A DNA stretch of 64,000 bases, from IMG/VR virus record IMGVR_UViG_3300012347_000104, positions 8,513 through 72,512 of that record. One strand, given 5' to 3'. This stretch comes from a virus (taxonomy: Duplodnaviria > Caudoviricetes). The notes under the pieces are model-generated. The model saw only the letters and a list, made by a program, of their open reading frames with translations, did not search any database and was not told where the DNA came from. Positions 25,668 to 34,645 of the stretch are shown piece after piece. The first letter of the stretch is position 1. Each line of letters starts with the position of its first letter. The translations under genes were made by a program, and so were the position numbers.

Positions 25668-27587
25668 ATGCCAAGACTCTCACTATATCGCCCCGAAAAA
25701 GCCAATGATTATAAGTTCTTTGACAGAACTATTAAGGAAATGTTCCAAGTTGGCGGGACTGATTTGTATGTACACAAGTACATAGGTACAGCCGACTCAG
25801 GTCCAAGCAAAGACTTGACCCAACCTCAATATGACAAGATGGATCCCACTAACATCCAAGACTTGCTATTCTTAGAAAACCGTGACCGTAAATTTGATAC
25901 AAACATCTATAGAGTTCGTGGGCACTATAGCGTACAAAACTTAGACTTTGATTTGTCACAGTTTGGATTGTTTCTAAACAACGATATTATCTTTATTACA
26001 ATACACTACAACACAATGATTGAGTTACTGGGACGTAAGTTGATTGTAGGTGATGTGATTGAGCTACCTCACTTGACAGACTTTCACCCACTCAATGAAG
26101 CAATACCGGTAGGGCTTCGTAGATACTATCAAATAACTGATGGTAACTTTGCGAGTGAGGGTTTCAGTAATACTTGGTACCCGCATCTATGGCGTATCAA
26201 ATGTGAACCGTTAGTTGACAGTCAAGAGTTTAGTAGCATATTGAGTTCACCGTTGTCAAAAGATAATTACCTAGGTGATTGGAACAAGACTTCAACATAC
26301 GTTCCTGGTTACACTGTTACGTACGGTGACAAGACATACGTTGTCAAAGACGGAGTAACGTCAGTGCCTGCAAATATTCCCTGTACCGATACTAACTACT
26401 GGTCTGAATCAGTAGTAGATAATTTACGTGATATATTAGGTCGCTACAATAAAAACATTGAAATTAATGATGCAGTTATCGCAGAAGCGGCTCGTATTGT
26501 ACCCAAGACTGGTTACGATAGAAGTCAGTTATATCTTGTTCCTACAGTAGGGAAGGCGCCATCAATACCGGTTAGTTTAGTAACGTCACCTGATGCACCT
26601 GTGCCAATCAGAGGACAAGTTCAACTTTTCTCTAGCTTCGAATACCCAACACCCACTCCTGTATTGAACATTGGAGCACAAGCAAGATTTGAATTATTAT
26701 CTGATTCTGATATTAGTTCTCTTGTAGCTTTCATGAAGGTTAGTTTAGAAACTGCTACTCTTGCTCCTGAAAGATTAGACACTGGCGCAGGACAAGTAGA
26801 AGGAACTACTGTGTTAGCGTTGGGACCAATCAACGGACCATATGGTACGATTGACAACACGTACTCAACTGCTGACCAATTCCCTTCAATTTACTTTACT
26901 ACTTCAGGTATTGCAAGACCTGAAGAACGTGCTATTCCAGTAACACAAGTAGTACCACCTGATGTACCGGACACATGGTACGAAAACGTTGGCATCAACG
27001 TAGGTGAGTTTGTCGAGTCAATGGGACCAAATGGACCTATTCAATTAAGAGTATTTCAACCTGATACCAAAGTTATAGGTATTGATACTGTCAACGGGTT
27101 GTTATTGATTGATAAAGATATTATCGGTTTAGTCCCAGGTGAGGCTATCGTCACTGTAGCTAGTACGTTTATCGGTAATCCGATAGAACAATATGTAATG
27201 GACTATCGTGCAGACGCTGATCCTAGATTCAAGTATGTCAAGTTCATCTCTCCGCAGAGTTTCGGATATCAAGATGGTTATATGATTGGTGATGGAAGTG
27301 CACCAAACGGACTTCCAACTGGTGCCGGCATCACATTCCCTACTAATCCTTCTTTAGGTGATTATTTCTTACGAACAGATTACTTGCCTAACTTATTGTA
27401 TCGTTGGGACGGTTCACTTTGGGTTCGTATCGGTGCTAACGTAAGAGCTACCGGAGATGTAACATCTTCATCCGATACACAGATGGGTTCATTCATCAAC
27501 AACAACAACGTCACAACGTTGACTGATGGCACAACAATTCCAGAACAGCAGTCATTGACTGATGCTCTAAGACTTATTATAGATTAA
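25668..27587 (+). CDS. gp14: Neck/head-closure protein (gp14-like) with C-terminal extensions
   Basis: N-terminal LFLENRDRKFD, LSQFGLFL, GDVIELP, HLWRIKC; followed by a CBM5/12-like segment and extra domains. Confidence 0.7.
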   Translation: MPRLSLYRPEKANDYKFFDRTIKEMFQVGGTDLYVHKYIGTADSGPSKDLTQPQYDKMDPTNIQDLLFLENRDRKFDTNIYRVRGHYSVQNLDFDLSQFGLFLNNDIIFITIHYNTMIELLGRKLIVGDVIELPHLTDFHPLNEAIPVGLRRYYQITDGNFASEGFSNTWYPHLWRIKCEPLVDSQEFSSILSSPLSKDNYLGDWNKTSTYVPGYTVTYGDKTYVVKDGVTSVPANIPCTDTNYWSESVVDNLRDILGRYNKNIEINDAVIAEAARIVPKTGYDRSQLYLVPTVGKAPSIPVSLVTSPDAPVPIRGQVQLFSSFEYPTPTPVLNIGAQARFELLSDSDISSLVAFMKVSLETATLAPERLDTGAGQVEGTTVLALGPINGPYGTIDNTYSTADQFPSIYFTTSGIARPEERAIPVTQVVPPDVPDTWYENVGINVGEFVESMGPNGPIQLRVFQPDTKVIGIDTVNGLLLIDKDIIGLVPGEAIVTVASTFIGNPIEQYVMDYRADADPRFKYVKFISPQSFGYQDGYMIGDGSAPNGLPTGAGITFPTNPSLGDYFLRTDYLPNLLYRWDGSLWVRIGANVRATGDVTSSSDTQMGSFINNNNVTTLTDGTTIPEQQSLTDALRLIID

Positions 27588-27595
27588 GGTAAACA

Positions 27596-28951
27596 ATGGC
27601 AAAGTATTTTTACGACCAGCAGATTCGCAGATTCTTAGTGCAGTTCGCACGTATTTTTAGTGATTGGAATGTCACTAAAGGTAAAGACCCTGCAGGTAAT
27701 GACATTGTTATCAGAGTCCCTATCATGTACGGTGATTCAAGTAGACAAGCCGCAGCTATCATTGAAAACAACAGTGCTAGTAACATGCCATCAGCACCTA
27801 TCATTACATATTACATCAGTGGTTTAGAATACGACCAGAAGCGCACACAGGATCCGTATTTCATTGATAAGGTAAACGTTCGTCAGCGTCAACTTGACCC
27901 AACAACTGGTCAACTACAAACTACTCAAGGACAAGCATTTACGGTTGAACGTGTGATGCCAGTACCATACACATTGCGTGTAACAGTAGACTTCTGGACC
28001 ACTAACTATCAACAGAAACTAGAATTGATTGAACAACTAGGTGTGTTGTTTAACCCATCGATGGAAATACAAAGCACTGATAACTTCATTGACTGGACTT
28101 CATTGTCTGTTGTGTATCAAGATGGATTAACGTTCAGTAGTAGAAGTATTCCAATGGGTACAGGTAATCCTATTGACGTTATGACTTGGAAGTTCTATAT
28201 GCCTATATGGATCAGTTCAAGTGCTAAGGTCAAGAAGCTGGGCGTTATTCACAAAGTTATCGCAAGTATCTTCAAGGGTGCCGCATTGACTGACATGCAA
28301 GACGACCAACTATTGCTAGGTACTCGTCAAAAGATTACCCCGTACGGATACAAGATTTTGTACATCGGAAATAGCTTGCAGATTTTGCCTGCTAACCAAC
28401 CATTCAACCCTGACAACACTGATACTAATCTACCTGATAGTCCTAACTCAGAAGTGTATTGGTCAGCTGTATTGAATGTATATGGAACCGTTAGACCTGG
28501 CATCAGTCAGATTTGGCTACAAAACCCATATATGGATACTGAGATTGTAGGTACTATTGCGTTTAATCCCAATGATGACAGACTGTTAATATTCACTCCT
28601 GACCCTGACACACTGCCACAAAACACAGTAGCTCCAGTAGATAGTGTTATTAATCCAACACTAAAGGGACCAGAGTCTGGTTTACCTGAAGCAATCGTTG
28701 GGCAGCGTTATTTAATTGTAGAGAACATCTCTGCGACCTCGACAGCTTGGGGACCAGTAGCTGCTAGTGCAAATGATATTATCGAGTACAACGGAACAAA
28801 TTGGACAGTATCATTTGTTAGTAAAGATGCTAGTGCAATCGAATACGTTACGAATCTAACTTCAGGTGTACAGTATCGCTTTGCTGAAGGTGCTTGGATG
28901 AAGAGCTACGAAGGTTGGTATGATGAGGGAGATTATTCTATCGTCATCTAA
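27596..28951 (+). CDS. gp15: Tail sheath stabiliser/terminator (gp15-like), extended
   Basis: YFYDQQIRRFLVQF, VPIMYG, P...Y, MPVPYTL, QKLELIEQ...LFNP motifs. Confidence 0.8.
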   Translation: MAKYFYDQQIRRFLVQFARIFSDWNVTKGKDPAGNDIVIRVPIMYGDSSRQAAAIIENNSASNMPSAPIITYYISGLEYDQKRTQDPYFIDKVNVRQRQLDPTTGQLQTTQGQAFTVERVMPVPYTLRVTVDFWTTNYQQKLELIEQLGVLFNPSMEIQSTDNFIDWTSLSVVYQDGLTFSSRSIPMGTGNPIDVMTWKFYMPIWISSSAKVKKLGVIHKVIASIFKGAALTDMQDDQLLLGTRQKITPYGYKILYIGNSLQILPANQPFNPDNTDTNLPDSPNSEVYWSAVLNVYGTVRPGISQIWLQNPYMDTEIVGTIAFNPNDDRLLIFTPDPDTLPQNTVAPVDSVINPTLKGPESGLPEAIVGQRYLIVENISATSTAWGPVAASANDIIEYNGTNWTVSFVSKDASAIEYVTNLTSGVQYRFAEGAWMKSYEGWYDEGDYSIVI

Positions 28952-28970
28952 CTATGAGATAAATCATAGT

Positions 28971-29393
28971 ATGACAGTTAGAAATATCTCTGCCGGCGTA
29001 TTCTTCTTTGCGGCATCTACCAATCGTTTTCTTTTCTTATTACGAGTAGATGAAAAAAACCTATACAACTGGGGAATCCCAGGTGGTAAAGTCGAAGAAG
29101 GTGAATCTATCCTAGAAGGTGTAGCCAGAGAATGTGATGAAGAAATTGGCTTCTTCCCAGCTGATGCTAAGTTAGTACCTATTCAAAAGTTTGACAATAA
29201 CAACTTCACGTACAATACATTCTTTTGCCGTGTAAGCGATGAATTCATCCCGACACTAAATCACGAACACTGCGGATATTGCTGGGTCCCGTATGACTGC
29301 TATCCTAAACCACTACATCCAGGATTGTTTAACACTATCAATTTTGATATAGTAAAAAGCAAACTAGACAAACTAATAAAAAAAGCCGCATAA
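28971..29393 (+). CDS. NUDIX hydrolase
   Basis: Nudix box GGKVEEGESILEGVARECDEEIG; probable start MTVRNISAG. Confidence 0.92.
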   Translation: MTVRNISAGVFFFAASTNRFLFLLRVDEKNLYNWGIPGGKVEEGESILEGVARECDEEIGFFPADAKLVPIQKFDNNNFTYNTFFCRVSDEFIPTLNHEHCGYCWVPYDCYPKPLHPGLFNTINFDIVKSKLDKLIKKAA

Positions 29394-29405
29394 AGCGGCT
29401 TTTTT
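29378..29405. terminator. Bidirectional intrinsic terminator
   Basis: A-run AAGCCGC-ATAAA-GCGGCTT T-run between convergent genes. Confidence 0.85.
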
Positions 29406-29422
29406 GTTGTGCTTAAAAAATA

Positions 29423-30403
29423 TTAAGCGTTTGCGATTTGAACGTATGCGCCCTGAGCAGCAGCAAATCTCCAAGGAGCAACTGCGTCAGTCTCGTATAA
29501 CCAATCAGCGTCAGCACCATCATCAACTGCACGAGTCAATGTTGCTTTGTGCGCTGTCAACTTAGTAACGTAGTATGTGTTACCGTTAGCATCAGTAGCC
29601 ATAATAGACATTTGACCGTCAGATAAAGATGCAGAAGCTGTTAAATTACAAACTCCAGTACGTGTACCGTCAGTAACTTTGAAACGCTTTGCGCCCTTTT
29701 GGCTGATAATGTCAACTGCTGCATCAGAACCACCAGCTAACTGAGCAGTAGCCAAGATAGCGTTTTCTTGGTTAGTAGAAGCGTTGTCGTTGTTGTTTGT
29801 TGCGCCTGAATCTGTAGTCAATGCAACTGTTGGTGCGCCAACTGCTGTACCACCTGTGTTAGTACCGGCTGTTGTCCAAGAGATTGTTGGAGCAGCAACG
29901 TAGCCAGAACCTTTTTCCACTGTAGTGATAGACTTAACACGATACTTAACAGTAGCTTGTTGTTCACCGTCGCCACCGACGATTTGGTATGTATCTTCTA
30001 CTGTTGGGACTGTAGTGAACTCACCACGGTTAACAGGAACGATAACTTGAACTTCACCTTGACCTGAGCCAACTGCTGTAATGTTAGCAGTAACACCGGC
30101 TAAGCCTGTTAGTGCTGTTGCGCCACCTGTAGTTACTTCATAGCCGTTTCCAACTAAACCGTTAGAAACTGTGATGCTTTCAACTTCCCAAACTACTGTA
30201 GCAGTAGCTTGAACACCTGTTGGCAATGTTGGAGCTGGAATTACTAACTGTGGTTGAGAGTAAGTAGCGTTGATAATTAGGCTACCTTTTTGACCAGGCA
30301 ATGTGAATGCTGCTAAGCCTTCACCACCGATGTTATTGTCGCCTGTACCTGTGGTACCGATGTTACGGTTACCGAATAATTTTTTGTTTAATGGACGTCC
30401 CAT
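29423..30403 (-). CDS. Ala/Gly/Thr-rich putative virion structural protein
   Basis: 326 aa, GSGY-type beta repeats, strong RBS and structured leader after a TAAATA motif. Confidence 0.65.
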   Translation of the reverse strand: MGRPLNKKLFGNRNIGTTGTGDNNIGGEGLAAFTLPGQKGSLIINATYSQPQLVIPAPTLPTGVQATATVVWEVESITVSNGLVGNGYEVTTGGATALTGLAGVTANITAVGSGQGEVQVIVPVNRGEFTTVPTVEDTYQIVGGDGEQQATVKYRVKSITTVEKGSGYVAAPTISWTTAGTNTGGTAVGAPTVALTTDSGATNNNDNASTNQENAILATAQLAGGSDAAVDIISQKGAKRFKVTDGTRTGVCNLTASASLSDGQMSIMATDANGNTYYVTKLTAHKATLTRAVDDGADADWLYETDAVAPWRFAAAQGAYVQIANA

Positions 30404-30476
30404 TTTGTTTCCTTTAGAATGACGTTCTAGGTCTACGCAGAGGGATTCTGCATAAATTAATTGAACAATGTATTTA

Positions 30477-30827
30477 TCAGACCTGAGTCATTGTGACGTT
30501 ATACACGTTACCTGAAGAAATTTCAGTAAAGAATACACCACCGCTGTTGGCGTGCATCGTGAACGTTGCGCTCACTGTAAATGTGTTTGCTGATACTACG
30601 TTTGCTGAACCTTGAATCTGAGAAAATGCAATAGAACAGTTAGGACTGTTAGTTAATATTTCAGTGTTTGTTGGGTTATTACCTTCTTGAGGAACCCAAG
30701 AAGGATCGTTGCCAATGAATACTCGTTGTTCATCCGAAGCGAATCCAATCTCACCAATATCTAATTGTGGAATCTCATCTGCTGAGCCGGTTCTGTGAAC
30801 GATTTTTGAAATTTGTACGATTGCCAT
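30477..30827 (-). CDS. Short protein with major-tropism-determinant N-terminal-like domain
   Basis: IVHRTG.....PQLDIGEIGFASDEQRVFIGND matches the Mtd_N-type fibre motif. Confidence 0.6.
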   Translation of the reverse strand: MAIVQISKIVHRTGSADEIPQLDIGEIGFASDEQRVFIGNDPSWVPQEGNNPTNTEILTNSPNCSIAFSQIQGSANVVSANTFTVSATFTMHANSGGVFFTEISSGNVYNVTMTQV

Positions 30828-30864
30828 AGTATATCTTCTCTAGTGATATACTATTTATCATCGT

Positions 30865-31551
30865 TTATGCGAACTTGGTGTAGAATTCTTCTAGCTTTTT
30901 ATACCACTCTTGTTGGTACTTATCGAATTCATTGCCCTCGATTATGAACTCTTGGTACATAGCGTTCGGATCACACATGAAAATAACTCCCTTGCGGATC
31001 TTTGTCCCATGAAGTTCATTGTGAGCTGTTGCATATGCCGCAAGTTGAACAAAGTAGTCATCAATCCACTCTCTTTTCTTGGGTTTATTAGTCTGCTTAT
31101 GATCCATGATAGATTCACTGCCATCATGCACACCGACCAAATCAGTTGTTCCAGCATAGACCGCAGGGAAGTATAGAGGGACTTCAGTGCCCCAGAATTC
31201 AGTGCAGTTACATAAACCTTGCCTGATAATTGAGTCAGCCATCTTGTGACTTTGGATACTGTATGGGTTAGAACCTGACGCACCTAATGCTCCTGTTAAT
31301 ACGTAATCTTCCAAGAACTTATGCATTCTTGTGCCACGACTTGCAGCTTCTGTTGAAATCTCTTGCGCCTTAGCGGTACCTACTCTATTACGCCATTGTT
31401 GTAGAACTAGTTTCTTTTCTTCTGATTGAGTAGCAGAAAGAATAGTAGTGACTGACGGTAGTTTGTTACCATCAGGGGTAGCATAGCGTCTACCTTCAGG
31501 GGTATCGACTCTTTTCAAAGCCTCATATTTAAATTTATTGGGAATGTACAT
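30865..31551 (-). CDS. PD-(D/E)XK exonuclease
   Basis: RYATPDG.KLPSVTTILS, RGTRMH..LE, E..L....YAGTTDLV, IMDHK, YFVQLAAY. Confidence 0.88.
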   Translation of the reverse strand: MYIPNKFKYEALKRVDTPEGRRYATPDGNKLPSVTTILSATQSEEKKLVLQQWRNRVGTAKAQEISTEAASRGTRMHKFLEDYVLTGALGASGSNPYSIQSHKMADSIIRQGLCNCTEFWGTEVPLYFPAVYAGTTDLVGVHDGSESIMDHKQTNKPKKREWIDDYFVQLAAYATAHNELHGTKIRKGVIFMCDPNAMYQEFIIEGNEFDKYQQEWYKKLEEFYTKFA

Positions 31552-31557
31552 ATGGCA

Positions 31558-31587
31558 ATTGTACTATAAATTTCTTCATAGTACAAT
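31558..31587. promoter_or_regulatory. Palindromic, potentially bidirectional sigma70-type promoter
   Basis: 10-bp inverted repeat ATTGTACTAT-N10-ATAGTACAAT reads TTGTAC-N17-TACAAT on both strands. Confidence 0.6.
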
Positions 31588-31595
31588 CTGTTTGG

Positions 31596-31916
31596 TTAAG
31601 CTAATTTGTTTGATTGCTTTTTAGCCATTTGCTGACGAATCTGTTCATTCTCGTCGGGTCTAGGTTCTTCCATCTCACCTTGTTGACCCTTAAACACTAC
31701 TTGTTTACTTTCAATATCTTGGATAATGTTTACAAGAGGTTCTTTTTTGATAATATCGTAAATATCGTCATCATCAATAGAGATTTTGTTTGAGCGGAGA
31801 ATTTCAACAAACTGGTCTAGTGGCATAGGTTCGCTACTATTAGATTTTAATTGAGTAGCGACCCCTGTTAACTTGACTCGCAGCGGATCATCGTCAGCGA
31901 ACTCGAATAATCTCAT
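31596..31916 (-). CDS. Hypothetical protein, probable virion component
   Basis: 106 aa, starts MRLFEF. Confidence 0.75.
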   Translation of the reverse strand: MRLFEFADDDPLRVKLTGVATQLKSNSSEPMPLDQFVEILRSNKISIDDDDIYDIIKKEPLVNIIQDIESKQVVFKGQQGEMEEPRPDENEQIRQQMAKKQSNKLA

Positions 31917-31917
31917 A

Positions 31918-32631
31918 TTAACGAGTTGCGCGGCCTACGCTTGATAGTTCTTCTGGCTCTTCTTCGGGCATTTCTGCATCTAAATCTGCTTCGCCGCCCA
32001 TGTCCATACCTGAATCATCGACTGATACATCAGACATTTCATCGCCCATGCCCATGTCATCACCTGCCATGCTCATATCAGCAGCGCCTTGACCAGTAAT
32101 GATACCGACAGCACCTGAGATACCTGTCTTAGCGCCAGTTAGTGCGGCTTGCAATGCTGTCAACGCTTGAGTAACTTGGTCATTGAATTGTTGACCCTCA
32201 TTTGTTCCTACTTCTGAATTGACACCGTCAACGACTGCTGGAAGTTCTTTAACTAGCATGTCAGAAACTTGCTCGACCATCTTTTGTAAACTGTCAGCCA
32301 TTTCTTGTGCAGCCAAGATAACTTGTGATTTCTCAACTTGCTCGTTTTCTACAACGATACGTTGATTGTACATTGGACGAGCCTTCAAATCACCATAGTG
32401 ATGTGTAAGTGCTTGTTCCATGAACAATGCTTTTAAGAAAGCTGGATTCTGTTCGCTACGAACAGCTTTATCTGATGACTTCATCTCAGCGATAAGACCA
32501 CGCACTTTCGTCAACATTTGACGAGTAGCTTGTAGGTCTAGCTTAGATGTATTGACATCAGTGTTGAAATGCTCTTTGAGTGCTTTTTTAGCAACTTGAG
32601 ATTTCTTTAGGTTAAATTCGTTAAGTTTCAT
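31918..32631 (-). CDS. Hypothetical protein, probable head/prohead component
   Basis: 237 aa, acidic D/M-rich tail, TAAATA upstream. Confidence 0.75.
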   Translation of the reverse strand: MKLNEFNLKKSQVAKKALKEHFNTDVNTSKLDLQATRQMLTKVRGLIAEMKSSDKAVRSEQNPAFLKALFMEQALTHHYGDLKARPMYNQRIVVENEQVEKSQVILAAQEMADSLQKMVEQVSDMLVKELPAVVDGVNSEVGTNEGQQFNDQVTQALTALQAALTGAKTGISGAVGIITGQGAADMSMAGDDMGMGDEMSDVSVDDSGMDMGGEADLDAEMPEEEPEELSSVGRATR

Positions 32632-32674
32632 GGTTGTTCCTAGAGTACTAATAATGTATTTATCATTATTAAAT

Positions 32675-33148
32675 TTATTTGACGGCTTCTTTGAATCGCT
32701 TTTCTTGCCAAGTCTTAGAATTCAGAATATAGCGATTAAGTTCCGCTGTAATCATAGTCTTTTTGAGTTTATCTTCCTGTAGTTTAGCAGAATAGATGAG
32801 TTTTTTGTCGATATCTTTAGCTTTTTTGTAGAGTTGCGTATGCACTTCGAGGTTTACTACTGTTCCCTCAAGCATTAAATCCAAGTCAAGTACACGGTTT
32901 GCATCGCCAACTCTCTCACGTTTGTACATAGTAGCCCAAGCTACTGCATTACGTAAACTGTGAAATTCTTCGGTTAAGCTAGTGTGATATTTTTCTACGA
33001 TGAACTTGTTATTTGTAGGCTTGATGAAGAACTCACCAAACAACTCATACCCGCCGTTCGTGGTAATTACTAATGCTTTCTCAAGGGCAGCAAGGTCGTT
33101 GTCAGTAATCAGACGTTTGAACTTTTCAAACATTTTCTTATCACGCAT
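32675..33148 (-). CDS. Hypothetical protein
   Basis: 157-aa ORF, coupled to the upstream gene. Confidence 0.75.
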   Translation of the reverse strand: MRDKKMFEKFKRLITDNDLAALEKALVITTNGGYELFGEFFIKPTNNKFIVEKYHTSLTEEFHSLRNAVAWATMYKRERVGDANRVLDLDLMLEGTVVNLEVHTQLYKKAKDIDKKLIYSAKLQEDKLKKTMITAELNRYILNSKTWQEKRFKEAVK

Positions 33149-33599
33149 GGCTTATTACCTCAAAGTGGATATTTCTCAATTCAGAGCTGGTATCTAAAAA
33201 ATCAGGGAGTTTGTTCCACTCTCTGGATGTTTTAGTCATGGGTACTCCGTGACAGTCTTCGAACAAGTAGCCCAGATTATCTATACCGTCATCAAATACG
33301 TTTTCTTTGGCTATGTCAAAATCAAAGACCCAGCAAGATTGATCCTCTTCGTTGTCGAATAGAAATCCAAACTTCTCTAACATAGCGAAGTTAATTTTCT
33401 TTTGTTCTGGATTTGACGAATTTTCAGGTTGACACCGTATTGAAATTATTTGCATCACTGTATCAAAATTAGTTTGAGCATTACGCTTTATTTCCCAATC
33501 TTTGTACTGCTCTGTTGTAAAATTTACAGATGGTCGTCGGCTAATTGTCTGCGTTCTTGTAACGTCAAAAAGTGTATGGCATCTGATTCTATAACTCAT
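33141..33599 (-). CDS. Hypothetical protein
   Basis: 152-aa ORF; TAAATA 4 nt before ATG. Confidence 0.75.
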   Translation of the reverse strand: MSYRIRCHTLFDVTRTQTISRRPSVNFTTEQYKDWEIKRNAQTNFDTVMQIISIRCQPENSSNPEQKKINFAMLEKFGFLFDNEEDQSCWVFDFDIAKENVFDDGIDNLGYLFEDCHGVPMTKTSREWNKLPDFLDTSSELRNIHFEVISHA

Positions 33600-33616
33600 A
33601 CTCTATTTATAGAAGT

Positions 33617-33642
33617 AAAAAAGCCCTAGAAATTCTAGGGCT
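33617..33642 (-). terminator. Intrinsic terminator
   Basis: AGCCCTAGA-AAT-TCTAGGGCT, U-run on the minus strand. Confidence 0.75.
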
Positions 33643-33647
33643 AGTCT

Positions 33648-34385
33648 TTATTCGTTCGCGCCTCTGACAATGTTTGGATTGTCGTCTTGCGGTACGTTTG
33701 GTTTAGGTCGTTGTCCTGTAGCAACCATCTTAACCATCTCAGCATACTCACCCGGAGCTACTTTATTCAATGCGTTTAATGCTGCTCTTAGAATAGCTTC
33801 CAAATCATCAATTGCACTAGGAATTGCCAACATGCTAATTTGACTAATAATTTTACTTGTTGCCGGACTTAGTTGGTCTGCTGTACCTAACGTATTCTTG
33901 CTGTTAGGATCAGCGTTCGCTGGCATTGGCTTTCCGGCTGCTTGTGGTTGAGCAGTAGCCCCACCGTTACGGTTTTGCATGCCGATTTGATACAATACGT
34001 CACCTATTTTAGACGAATCTTTTGTACGTGCTGCTGAATTTAATGCTTGCTGTTGCTGAGTAGTTAAAGGACCCCAGTTATTCTTCTGGATGTATGACTG
34101 TAGATATGAAGTGGGGTTAAATGCACCGCCACCACCTCTTGCAAGAGTATCAAATTCTGCTTTGAAATCTTTAACGTAGTTATCTTTTCTAACTGCCATT
34201 TTTGCATCTGCACCACCAAAGCCAGTAGCCTTGAACAATCCCTTTTTAAACGCACTAGGTCCGGTGTTTGTTTTAGTTGCTACTTGCTTAGGAGCTGCTT
34301 GAGTTGGCGTTTGGGCGGCACCTGCGTTAGGATTTCTTGCATTCTTCCAAACCGCAGCTTCTGTGATTACGTCTTTAATTTTCAT
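33648..34385 (-). CDS. Hypothetical low-complexity protein, probable internal head protein
   Basis: Probable start MKIKDVITE at 34385 (track start 34481); ends NPNIVRGANE. Confidence 0.7.
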   Translation of the reverse strand: MKIKDVITEAAVWKNARNPNAGAAQTPTQAAPKQVATKTNTGPSAFKKGLFKATGFGGADAKMAVRKDNYVKDFKAEFDTLARGGGGAFNPTSYLQSYIQKNNWGPLTTQQQQALNSAARTKDSSKIGDVLYQIGMQNRNGGATAQPQAAGKPMPANADPNSKNTLGTADQLSPATSKIISQISMLAIPSAIDDLEAILRAALNALNKVAPGEYAEMVKMVATGQRPKPNVPQDDNPNIVRGANE

Positions 34386-34620
34386 CGTTTTTCCTGATAC
34401 TCTTGGAAAATCTAGATTGGTCTCGTGACTTGATTGCCCCGAGTAATTTTCGCTCAAGAATAGCTGCCACCTCAGGATCATAGTTCTGATTAATCATTTC
34501 TAATAGATTAATCGCACTAGTGATAATATTGTGGGCTCGGCTTTCGATGATGTGTTTAGTATCACGTTTCTGACCGATCGACTCTAACTCCTCTAAGAGG
34601 CTGCGTGTATTCTTTTGCAT
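34375..34620 (-). CDS. Hypothetical protein
   Basis: 81-aa ORF with TAAATA upstream. Confidence 0.75.
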   Translation of the reverse strand: MQKNTRSLLEELESIGQKRDTKHIIESRAHNIITSAINLLEMINQNYDPEVAAILERKLLGAIKSRDQSRFSKSIRKNDEN

Positions 34621-34645
34621 AAAATAGATATCCTATCAGTATTTA

